From NCBI GenBank assembly GCA_023380935.1, contig JAMCST010000009.1, positions 27,760-91,759 on the forward strand: a stretch of 64,000 bases of DNA. Reading direction: 5' to 3'. Both the position numbers and the translations under genes were made by a program. Positions 53,226 to 61,620 of the stretch are shown here, piece after piece (the stretch's first letter is position 1; each line of letters begins with the position of its first letter). This DNA comes from Patescibacteria group bacterium. GTDB taxonomy: Bacteria; Patescibacteriota; Microgenomatia; UBA1406; GWC2-37-13. Below the pieces are notes generated by a model that worked only from the letters and a program-made list of their open reading frames with translations, was not told the origin of the DNA and did no database searches.

Positions 53226-54034
53226 GGTATTTTATTTAATTCTCCAATGGCTTTTTCGTAGTCGTCCCGCGTTAATGATTTTCCGTGCCATTCCAGTTTG
53301 TTTTCCATAAAGCTGATACCCTTGCCCTTTATGGTTTTCGCAATAATTGCCAGGGGTTTTTCCCGACCCGTTTGTTTACAGGCATCGATGATCTCATTAA
53401 TGTTGTGACCGTTGATACTGACCGTCTTCCACCCGAAACTTTCCAGTTTCTCTTCAAATGGGTGTGAGTGCATGATCGCGGTGCTTTTTCCGATAATTTG
53501 TAGATCGTTGTTATCAATAATCAGGATGAGGCGATTGATTTTGTTATGGCCGCCAAACATGACCGCTTCCCAAACCGAGCCTTCTTCCATTTCTCCGTCC
53601 CCGACCAGTACATATACTTTTGAATTTTTATTGTCGTTTTTTAGTGATAGGGCGATGCCGGTTCCCAGAGACAGACCGTGTCCCAGTGAGCCGGTGGTCG
53701 CTTCGATTCCTGGTAATGAATCGAGGGTGACATGGCCGGCAATCGGCGAACCGTTTTTCATATACCGCTTTAGGAGTGCGGGGGAAAAAAATCCTCTTTC
53801 GGCCAGTGTCGCGTAAAGGGCGGAACAAGCGTGGCCTTTGCTAAGGATGAAGTAATCCCTTTCTTTCCAATGGGGCAATTTAGGTTTAATGTTGAGCGTA
53901 TTGAAGTAGAGACAGGCAAGAACATCCACTACCGAAAGACTACAGCCGATATGCGCCCCGCCGGCGTTATATGCCATCTCAATAACGTGTTTTCTGATTT
54001 CTCTGGCAACGGCTTTGATTTTTGCAACGGTCAT
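53222..54034 (-). CDS. Transketolase, N-terminal (TPP-binding) subunit
   Basis: 270 aa. Contains GGAHIGCSLSVVDVL, LSKGHA, GSLGHGLS and VLVGDGEMEEGSVWEAVMFGGHNKINRLILIIDNN. Confidence 0.88.
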   Translation of the reverse strand: MTVAKIKAVAREIRKHVIEMAYNAGGAHIGCSLSVVDVLACLYFNTLNIKPKLPHWKERDYFILSKGHACSALYATLAERGFFSPALLKRYMKNGSPIAGHVTLDSLPGIEATTGSLGHGLSLGTGIALSLKNDNKNSKVYVLVGDGEMEEGSVWEAVMFGGHNKINRLILIIDNNDLQIIGKSTAIMHSHPFEEKLESFGWKTVSINGHNINEIIDACKQTGREKPLAIIAKTIKGKGISFMENKLEWHGKSLTRDDYEKAIGELNKIP

Positions 54035-55047
54035 TTTTTTAGCAATTTAAACCAATTTGACGTGGTGGTTAAGCCGGTTTTCAGATCTGTGAAGTTTGTC
54101 TTTGGAAATTCACGCAGATATTTCGCGTTTGATATCATTGATTTGGTTGGGGTTCCGGAGATGGATTTGTCAATATGGTTAGTTATTAATCTGGCGCCGT
54201 TAATGCCGGCGATCATTTCCGCGAGCCGGCGGATGTTGGTTGTGTCTCGGCCGCAGAGGTTATATACCATGCTTTTGCCGTTGAGCAAAACATTCAGCAG
54301 CATTTCCACCATGTCGGAGATAAAACAAAACGTGCGGTAGGCACCGCCGGAATCCATCATGGTGATGGTTTTATCGGTTTGCGCCCGTTTGATAAACTCA
54401 GATATTACTCTCCGATCGTCATACTTCAATCCTGGCCCATAAGTCAGCAGGACTCGGGCGATCTTCAGCGGTATTTTTTTTGAGTAAAGGTAACAAATGG
54501 TTTCTGCTAGTCGTTTTGATTCTGCGTATATGGCCCGATCCGATAAAGTGTTGACGTTTCCGGCATAGGTCTCATCGGTGGGAAGGTGTGCCTTGTCCGC
54601 TTCGCCGTAAATCTCCGCCGAACTCAGGTACAGCGCCGTGGCGTTGTTCTCCTGACAAAGATCAAGCAGATCAAACAGGGTTTTTATATTCAGCAGCACG
54701 GTTTCTTTCGGATACTGGAGGAATTTTTTTGGCTGGGCGTAAGTGGCACAATGGATTAGGTAATCAAAACGGAGGCGGTGGCTTAATTTTTTTCTGCTGA
54801 GATCTTGGCGTCGGTAAATAATGCGTTTTGATTTGGCCATCCATTTTTCTACCCCTGACCTGACTACGGCAATTATTTTCAAATTAAGATTTTCCCGTTG
54901 GCTCAATAGATCGAGACAGGCGGTGATGTTGCCGCCGATCAGGCCACTTGCTCCCGTCACCAAAATTGTTTTATTTTTCAGTTTTTCCAGATGATTGACA
55001 CTGATGGAGAGGTAGAATTGTGTCATCGTTTCTTGGAGGGTCAACAT
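54031..55047 (-). CDS. NAD-dependent epimerase/dehydratase (extended SDR)
   Basis: 338 aa. The Rossmann motif is ILVTGASGLIGGN and the catalytic region is YAESKRLAE. Confidence 0.82.
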   Translation of the reverse strand: MLTLQETMTQFYLSISVNHLEKLKNKTILVTGASGLIGGNITACLDLLSQRENLNLKIIAVVRSGVEKWMAKSKRIIYRRQDLSRKKLSHRLRFDYLIHCATYAQPKKFLQYPKETVLLNIKTLFDLLDLCQENNATALYLSSAEIYGEADKAHLPTDETYAGNVNTLSDRAIYAESKRLAETICYLYSKKIPLKIARVLLTYGPGLKYDDRRVISEFIKRAQTDKTITMMDSGGAYRTFCFISDMVEMLLNVLLNGKSMVYNLCGRDTTNIRRLAEMIAGINGARLITNHIDKSISGTPTKSMISNAKYLREFPKTNFTDLKTGLTTTSNWFKLLKK

Positions 55048-55059
55048 AATTGGATTATT

Positions 55060-55830
55060 TTACCTAAACTTGCTATTGAGTTCAAGTAAACAGATAAGCG
55101 GTAAATGGTCGGAAATATCCGCCATTGGACAATGTTGGGACAGGACCCGGATATCGTGACTAACAAATACCATGTCGACGATGGCCGTGGCGTAACCGCC
55201 ATGATTTTTTCTCTGCATATTGAAAGTGGTGGTGAGTTTGTTTCCAAACACGTTATATAAATGTTGCTCAATGCTCCCGATTGTTTTTGTGTTTGGTGAA
55301 ACGTTAAAATCACCGGCAAGAATCAACGGGTGTTTGTTTTTTATTTCATTGACGATCATCCGGCCCATCTCCAAACGGCGTGGGTTATCATTTCCGTCTT
55401 GTCCCCAGATTCCTTGGGTGTTATAGACATAGAGATTGGTATCGTTGGTGTGGATTACTGTTTGTTGTAGGTTACGGGGAACCCGGGAATAATTGCTGCA
55501 CCGGTCGATTTTCAGGCGGGTAAACGGCACATCATAGAAAATCGTTTGACCGGAGACAATCGGATAGCGGGAAAAAACCGCATTACCGTTTGGAATCGCG
55601 CCGTTTTTTCTCTGGTCTGAAAACGCCGGAGAAAAAAAACAGTGGTAGTAATCGAATTGTCGCTGAAAAATAGTTAGTGTTTGTTCGTTTTTTTTCCGAT
55701 GATGGTCGTTTCCATTATTCACTTCTTGAAGCGCGAGAATATCTGGGTTTTCTTTTTTGATGAATTTAATGATACCGTCGAACAATAAACCGCCCCGCCA
55801 CAGATTGAGGGTGATAAATTTAATGCTCAT
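55060..55830 (-). CDS. Endonuclease/exonuclease/phosphatase (EEP) family protein
   Basis: Contains FITLNLWRGG, PDILALQEVN, LAGDFN and a C-terminal SDHLPL. The start is set at MSIKF (55830), an ATGA overlap with the upstream gene. Confidence 0.8.
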   Translation of the reverse strand: MSIKFITLNLWRGGLLFDGIIKFIKKENPDILALQEVNNGNDHHRKKNEQTLTIFQRQFDYYHCFFSPAFSDQRKNGAIPNGNAVFSRYPIVSGQTIFYDVPFTRLKIDRCSNYSRVPRNLQQTVIHTNDTNLYVYNTQGIWGQDGNDNPRRLEMGRMIVNEIKNKHPLILAGDFNVSPNTKTIGSIEQHLYNVFGNKLTTTFNMQRKNHGGYATAIVDMVFVSHDIRVLSQHCPMADISDHLPLICLLELNSKFR

Positions 55831-56756
55831 TTTGTTGCGGCAACATAGATCATTGGCCAAAATAACCGGGAGTGGGTGGCGAGATGAATTGCCAGCCGAC
55901 GCAACGTCTTGTTTTTTAGATAGTCGAAATCCAGTTGGCAGTTAAATTGACCGGTGTTGGTCTGCGAAAAGCCGGCCCGCTTATGGATTTTCTTTAAATA
56001 AGATTGGCTAAATGAGAGTTCGTAACCAAAGCGCATATGTTTCGCCCGTAACATTCTGGTGTGGAAAAAGGCAAACAGATCTTCAAGAACGGGAAGTCTC
56101 GGGATGTTTCCCCATACTTGTCGGTAGGTAAGCGAGCCAAGATTCAGGTAAGGTACGGTATTGTAAGCGACTCCGCCCTTTTTCAGTACTCTTTGGAGTT
56201 CTTTGACCGACACCAACGTGTCCCGAAAATGTTCAATGACTCCGGCTCCATAAAGCAGGTCAAATGAGTTATGTTTAAACGGCATGTTCAACACATTACC
56301 GCACACTAACAGATAGTTGGGTATTTTTTCTTTCTCGAATACCAACCGAGCCAACTTTAGTGCTTCGATTGACATATCAATACCGATGACCGTTTGCCCA
56401 TCGAGAGCTAAATGACGGCCTAGGTAAAAAGTTCCGCAACCGATTTCCAAAAACAGTCGTCCCGGCTTTAATTTTTTATATTTGGTAATTTGTTCCCAAG
56501 TCGGTTGAAAGAATTTCTTGTCCAGGGATTTAATCTCCTTGACTACGTCTTTTTTTGCGTCTTTTTCGTATTTCTCGTTCCATTTACGTTGAGAGAGACG
56601 CATGCCTTTTTCTTCAATTGTAAGAGAAAAATTAGGAATCCCTTGCTGGATAGGGAATTTTTTGCCGCATGGGCCGCAGACAAAAGAACCCCGTTTATGC
56701 AGCAGTTCGTTTTTGCAATAAGGGCAACATAGTAGGCGGTAAAGCGTCTTATTCAT
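55827..56756 (-). CDS. Class I SAM-dependent methyltransferase with N-terminal Trm112-like zinc ribbon
   Basis: 309 aa. It has the CCPYCK...CGPCGKKFPIQQGIPNF ribbon, followed by FLEIGCGTFYLG (motif I) and FDLLYGAGVIEHF. Confidence 0.8.
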   Translation of the reverse strand: MNKTLYRLLCCPYCKNELLHKRGSFVCGPCGKKFPIQQGIPNFSLTIEEKGMRLSQRKWNEKYEKDAKKDVVKEIKSLDKKFFQPTWEQITKYKKLKPGRLFLEIGCGTFYLGRHLALDGQTVIGIDMSIEALKLARLVFEKEKIPNYLLVCGNVLNMPFKHNSFDLLYGAGVIEHFRDTLVSVKELQRVLKKGGVAYNTVPYLNLGSLTYRQVWGNIPRLPVLEDLFAFFHTRMLRAKHMRFGYELSFSQSYLKKIHKRAGFSQTNTGQFNCQLDFDYLKNKTLRRLAIHLATHSRLFWPMIYVAATK

Positions 56757-57391
56757 TTTTCTTTCAAGTGCAATACCATAAGTAAATACGAACCAAATAG
56801 CCTCGGACTGATTTTATAACCAAGATTGACGAGACATGTGGTTATAAAAAAAACCGTTCTGAACAGGATCCCACGGCCGTGAAATTTGATCTCCGGAGGG
56901 ATGTATTTTGTTAAGACGATTTCCAAACCGAACCGCTGGATTAAGGTTTTCAGGTTTTTTTGGTCGAAATAGAAAGTATGGGTGGGATCTTGCGTTTGGT
57001 CTAGTACGACGACGAGAAAATAAAGGAAAACCGAGGAAATGTTCGGAGTGGTAATAATGATTTTTCCGGATTTGGCCAGATGGCGTTTCATTCCTTCCAA
57101 AAACAGACCAGGGTTGCTTAGATGCTCAATTAGTTCACCGGCAACGATGTAATCAAATTTTCGGTTGAGCCTGATGGATTCGGCGTTCATCACGTATGCG
57201 GGCAACCTTTTTCGTTTTATCGGCGACAGCATTTTTTTATTAATGTCAATACCGACGATCCGGTCAGTTTTTTTTGCCAGGGCAAAATGAATCTGAGGAT
57301 TTTGGGCACAGCCGACATTAAGTACCGTAACCCGGTCAGGTACCAAGTCCAATAAAGCCCGGACCCGGTTATCCTTCAGATGGTTTGTCAT
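56753..57391 (-). CDS. Class I SAM-dependent methyltransferase
   Basis: 212 aa. Contains VLNVGCAQNP, VGIDIN, FDYIVAGELIEHL and GKIIITTPN. Confidence 0.78.
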   Translation of the reverse strand: MTNHLKDNRVRALLDLVPDRVTVLNVGCAQNPQIHFALAKKTDRIVGIDINKKMLSPIKRKRLPAYVMNAESIRLNRKFDYIVAGELIEHLSNPGLFLEGMKRHLAKSGKIIITTPNISSVFLYFLVVVLDQTQDPTHTFYFDQKNLKTLIQRFGLEIVLTKYIPPEIKFHGRGILFRTVFFITTCLVNLGYKISPRLFGSYLLMVLHLKEK

Positions 57392-58499
57392 ATATTTTTT
57401 TTAACCAGTTAATCTTGTCCATTTTTTTGGCCCAGGCCAAGGCATTTTGACTTAGCCGCCGATACAGCGACTCATCTTTGATCAATCGCAATACGACATC
57501 GGCCATTTCTCGGTAGTCATTATATACAAAACCGGTGTTGTATTGTTTGATTTCGTCTGAGGTGCTATAGATATTGTCGCATACGGTTGGTAAACCGGCG
57601 GCTGCATATTCCCGGATTTTCAGCGAGTCGGCATAGGTCATATACGAGGCGTTTTTTTTGTAACACGAGATACCGATATAACTGCCGGCAACTACTGCGG
57701 TTGACTGCGGTCGGGACAAGGCCCCATGAAATACAATATTATTTTTCAGCCCCGCTTTGACAAATTCCTCTTGGTCGTCTTTATCGACTGCCGAGACGAT
57801 ATGCAAGGTAAAGTTTGGCATGAGCGACTTTATCCGTTTAAGGGCGCAGAGCAAGACCTTCATGTCTACCTGGTTTTTGAAAATACCGGCGGTCATCACT
57901 AAGGCCAATTTGTTTCTGGCGGCGACTGCCTGTTTTGGGACAGTGTCGTAGACAGGAGAGTTGGGCAACAGAAAAAACCGTCGTTGGTGGTTAACCGACG
58001 CCATGGTTTTTGCCTGGTGCAGCATCCGTTGACTGACCAGTGTGACAAGGTCGGCGTGGTTTAGGGCAAACCGGTAGAGCCGTTGATATATTCCTTCGAG
58101 TAAGGCATTGTTAAAGCGGGGCGACGAATAGTCGATTGAATGGAACTGAATCATTTTTGCCAGCCCCCATTTTTTTAAGACATAACAGGAAAAAAAATTG
58201 AGGGGGTCGGAGGCAATTGCCAGGGAAAATCGTTCATGAGTTTGCAGTATCCAGGCAAGATTGACTAGGCATTCCTCAATCCACAACAGCGGCGGCCGGG
58301 TAAAGGCCCAGTGTTGTTTGGTCGTTACTCCGCTGGTGAACGTCGACGGGTGGTTGATTTTTTCGAATGGATGTTCGATTAGAGAAATTTGGTTTTGTCG
58401 GGCGAGAAAGTCGATGATATGATCGATGCCTCCTTGTTTCGGCAGGCCGTTAAAATACAGCCGGTGGACAATAAACAGGATTTGCTCGTTTTTCATCAT
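57369..58499 (-). CDS. GT-B fold glycosyltransferase (GT4-like)
   Basis: The start is set at the Met pair 58499/58496 next to the asnB stop. The C-terminal half carries ADSLKIREYAAAGLPTV, typical of the Glycos_transf_1 E-x7-E region. Confidence 0.7.
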   Translation of the reverse strand: MMKNEQILFIVHRLYFNGLPKQGGIDHIIDFLARQNQISLIEHPFEKINHPSTFTSGVTTKQHWAFTRPPLLWIEECLVNLAWILQTHERFSLAIASDPLNFFSCYVLKKWGLAKMIQFHSIDYSSPRFNNALLEGIYQRLYRFALNHADLVTLVSQRMLHQAKTMASVNHQRRFFLLPNSPVYDTVPKQAVAARNKLALVMTAGIFKNQVDMKVLLCALKRIKSLMPNFTLHIVSAVDKDDQEEFVKAGLKNNIVFHGALSRPQSTAVVAGSYIGISCYKKNASYMTYADSLKIREYAAAGLPTVCDNIYSTSDEIKQYNTGFVYNDYREMADVVLRLIKDESLYRRLSQNALAWAKKMDKINWLKKIYDKPSEG

Positions 58500-60253
58500 A
58501 GTGCAGTAAAATGTTTCCGCCACAAAGCAAACACCAAGCATTTCCACAGAATCCATTCTCTTTGCCACCTCCAGATCGGCAAAGACGGCCGGGCGTCAAT
58601 CAGACGGGCCAAATAATTATGGCCGTAAAAGTCAACCAGGTAGTCATCGGTTAAGATTAGATTCCTATCTTTTTCCAGTCCCTGCTGCAACAGATCGTAG
58701 ACTGGAATCATCCCGCCTTTTTTCTTTCTCTCCCAGATGGTTTTTGGCAAATACCGCTGTGCGATTTTACGGATAATATATTTTTCCTGGCTTTGTTTCG
58801 GGTTATAAAATGACGAATGCAGTAGGTGGTCGACGGGCAGCTGGTTGGCGAATCCCGCGACATGGTAGTCCATAAACGGAGCGCGCGCTTCAATGGAAGC
58901 CGCCATCGTGGCTTTGTCAACTTTCATGCAATAGTGGTTAGGAAGGGAACGTTTGATTTCATACCGTTGCATCTGTTTAAAAAAAATATATGACAAACCA
59001 TCTGAATGGCGATGCAGGTATTGGGAATAGCCAAAGAACTTATGGTTGGGCAGCGATCTTTCGATCGCATAGTAGTAGAGTTGGGTTTTAATATAGTCGG
59101 GCAACAGTCTGAAAGGATACTGGGAAAGTTGAAACCAGGAGTAACCGGCGAATAGCTCGTCTGATCCTTCGCCGACCAGCACAACCCTGACACCTAGCTC
59201 TCTGATTTTGCGTGACAGCAAATAGGTGCTGAATAACCCACTGTCAACAGTAGAAAGGTCGTCGTAGATTGAGATATGCGAGCGGAATTCCTCATAGACA
59301 TCGGCAATTTCCAGAGTGAGGTCAATATGATCGGTTCGGCAGTATTTTGCGACTGTGTGAGCATAGGGGGTTTCGTCAATCACCGAGTTTTTGAAAGCAA
59401 TGGTAATGGTTTTTACCGGTGATTTGGTTTGTTTAGCAGCCAATGCCGTTATCAGCGAGGAATCAAGTCCGCCAGACAATAAAATTCCGATCGGCACGTC
59501 GGCCACCATTCTTGTATTGACGGCGTTGATCAACAATTTTTCCAGACGTTGCTGTGCAAGATCAAAATTGATTTTAAGCGTTTCCCGGGGCAGTTGCCAA
59601 TATTGTCTTAGTTGTGTTTTTCCATCGGCCGTGACCGTCAAAAAACTGGCAGGAGGAACCTTAACCACGTTCTTAATGATGGTTCTGTCGTTTTCCGGCA
59701 AATAAGGAAAACCCATCCAAAGCTTAAACATTTCCGGATCAATCTGAAAGTTGAAATCGGGCAGCTGGAAAAAAGCTTTTGTTTCCGAAGAAAAAACCAC
59801 CGACTTTTTGTGTTGCCAGTAGTAGAGCGGTTTTTTGCCGATGCGGTCCCTTACTAAATAGGCCAGTTGTTTATTTTGATCGTAGAGGCAAAAAGCAAAC
59901 ATGCCGTTGATTTTTTTAAGCAGTCTTTCTATTCCCCATTCTTCGTAACCATGGAGTAATACCTCGGTATCGGTGTGTGATTTCCAGCGGTGTTTTATAG
60001 AAAGCTGTTTTCTGAGTTCCTGAAAGTTATAAATTTCTCCGTTGAAAATCACCCAGACAGTCGCGTCCTCATTGCTCATCGGCTGATGACCTTGGGGAGA
60101 CAAATCAATGATGCTCAGTCGTCTAAAGCCCAAAATAACGTTATCATCATGATATTGGCCCGAGTCATCAGGTCCGCGATGTTTGATGGCATTCAAACTT
60201 TTATCGATCGGTCCGTTTTCGGTTTTGCCGATGATGCCAAAGATCCCACACAT
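58496..60253 (-). CDS. asnB: Asparagine synthase (glutamine-hydrolysing)-family amidotransferase
   Basis: 585 aa. It has the N-terminal nucleophile MCGIFGI, a GATase-2 domain and the synthetase PP-loop ILLSGGLDSS. Confidence 0.9.
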   Translation of the reverse strand: MCGIFGIIGKTENGPIDKSLNAIKHRGPDDSGQYHDDNVILGFRRLSIIDLSPQGHQPMSNEDATVWVIFNGEIYNFQELRKQLSIKHRWKSHTDTEVLLHGYEEWGIERLLKKINGMFAFCLYDQNKQLAYLVRDRIGKKPLYYWQHKKSVVFSSETKAFFQLPDFNFQIDPEMFKLWMGFPYLPENDRTIIKNVVKVPPASFLTVTADGKTQLRQYWQLPRETLKINFDLAQQRLEKLLINAVNTRMVADVPIGILLSGGLDSSLITALAAKQTKSPVKTITIAFKNSVIDETPYAHTVAKYCRTDHIDLTLEIADVYEEFRSHISIYDDLSTVDSGLFSTYLLSRKIRELGVRVVLVGEGSDELFAGYSWFQLSQYPFRLLPDYIKTQLYYYAIERSLPNHKFFGYSQYLHRHSDGLSYIFFKQMQRYEIKRSLPNHYCMKVDKATMAASIEARAPFMDYHVAGFANQLPVDHLLHSSFYNPKQSQEKYIIRKIAQRYLPKTIWERKKKGGMIPVYDLLQQGLEKDRNLILTDDYLVDFYGHNYLARLIDARPSLPIWRWQREWILWKCLVFALWRKHFTAL

Positions 60254-60257
60254 ATTT

Positions 60258-61067
60258 TTATTTTAGCAAAAACTCTATTCCGATCAGCAGTCGCAAAAAA
60301 TACATCACTAAAGTCAATAAAGGGTGGACCAGCAGTTTCTTCCATTTTCCCCGTTCAAAAAACACCCCGACATACCGGTAATAAAAACCGAGCTGTTTTT
60401 TTATATCGGGGTCAGCCTTTCCCCATTTCTTCATATACCTGTCAAAGCTGCCGATGTAATAACTTTTCTTAGTCAAATATTTCCCCAATCTAAAATCGCC
60501 TTCGTTGTGATAAATCGGCGTTGTAACCAAATCGGTTTTGCCCAATTTACGGATTTTTTTGTCGAAGTCCCAGTCTTCCGGCCCGGCCAGCGACTCGTCG
60601 AAGCCTTTGACCGCGACAAAGGCTTTTTTAGAAACAAAGCGGACACAGTCGATCACCGTAGCGTCGTAAAAAGATCTTTCAAACCGCCTGACCTTACACC
60701 AGAATGATTTGCCTACGACGACTTCGGAAATATAAAGAGCAACGATTTTTGGATCCTTCCTTACTTTTTTTAGGCAATCTCTAACGACGTTTTTTGACAT
60801 GATCATGTCCGCGTCGAGGTACAGCACGTATTTTCCCGTTGCCCGGTTGATGCCGAAATTGCGCTGGGCCGATCGTTCCGGGCCTTTTTCTAACACGCGA
60901 TCGGTGTATCGAAGAGCGATCTCCTTGGTTTTGTCGACGGAGTGATTGTCGACAACAATTGTTTCGATGGTTTTATAAGATTGTTGTCGAATTGACTTCA
61001 GGCAGTTCTCGATGTTTCTCTGCTCATTTTTCGTGGTGATAATGATCGAAACCAGCGGATGTTTCAT
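60258..61067 (-). CDS. Glycosyltransferase family 2
   Basis: 269 aa. Contains VSIIITTKNEQRNIENCLKSI, VVDNHSVDKT, YLDADM and GPEDWDF. Confidence 0.85.
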   Translation of the reverse strand: MKHPLVSIIITTKNEQRNIENCLKSIRQQSYKTIETIVVDNHSVDKTKEIALRYTDRVLEKGPERSAQRNFGINRATGKYVLYLDADMIMSKNVVRDCLKKVRKDPKIVALYISEVVVGKSFWCKVRRFERSFYDATVIDCVRFVSKKAFVAVKGFDESLAGPEDWDFDKKIRKLGKTDLVTTPIYHNEGDFRLGKYLTKKSYYIGSFDRYMKKWGKADPDIKKQLGFYYRYVGVFFERGKWKKLLVHPLLTLVMYFLRLLIGIEFLLK

Positions 61068-61068
61068 G

Positions 61069-61593
61069 TTAGTTTGCGAATGTCATTAATTTTTTTTCCT
61101 CCAGGTGTTTTCGGTAATGGGCGGGAAAAACCAGGGATCTTAACGCAAACTTAACGCTGATGCGTCTGATCAGTGAGTAAGAAAGCCATGGAATCCGGTT
61201 GGAAACCGTATCGTACGCAAGGTGCAAACCAAGAGAAGAGGCAAAAGCAAGCAAAAGTGATCTGGTCATCGTCAGGTCGGCGGGATTTTTTAGACTACCA
61301 AGGTAGAAAAAAATCAAAAAGCCGCCGATAACGATTTCCCAGGCGTGCAAAGGGATAATGATCCGGTCGCTTTTGAGGAACTGGTACCCTTTGGCAAAAT
61401 AGCGCGGATTAAATCGCCAGCCAAAGGCGAGGAAATAATCAACCAGATGGTCCAGGTCGACGAACAAACCGCCCGCCAACGCTGCGGCAATCACGAAGGA
61501 CAAATGAGGTGCCGGCCGGTAAAGCCACCATACCGCCACGGCGACAAGGAGACTGCAGGCCAGATGAACCGATTCGTGAATCAGTAAGCGCAT
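61069..61593 (-). CDS. Membrane-bound metal-dependent hydrolase-like protein (YdjM/DUF457-like)
   Basis: 174 aa. It has four or five hydrophobic helices and conserved His/Asp positions (HESVH, DLDHLVDY, HAWE). Confidence 0.5.
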   Translation of the reverse strand: MRLLIHESVHLACSLLVAVAVWWLYRPAPHLSFVIAAALAGGLFVDLDHLVDYFLAFGWRFNPRYFAKGYQFLKSDRIIIPLHAWEIVIGGFLIFFYLGSLKNPADLTMTRSLLLAFASSLGLHLAYDTVSNRIPWLSYSLIRRISVKFALRSLVFPAHYRKHLEEKKLMTFAN

Positions 61594-61620
61594 GGAATAT
61601 ATTTTAACAGGAAACTACGT

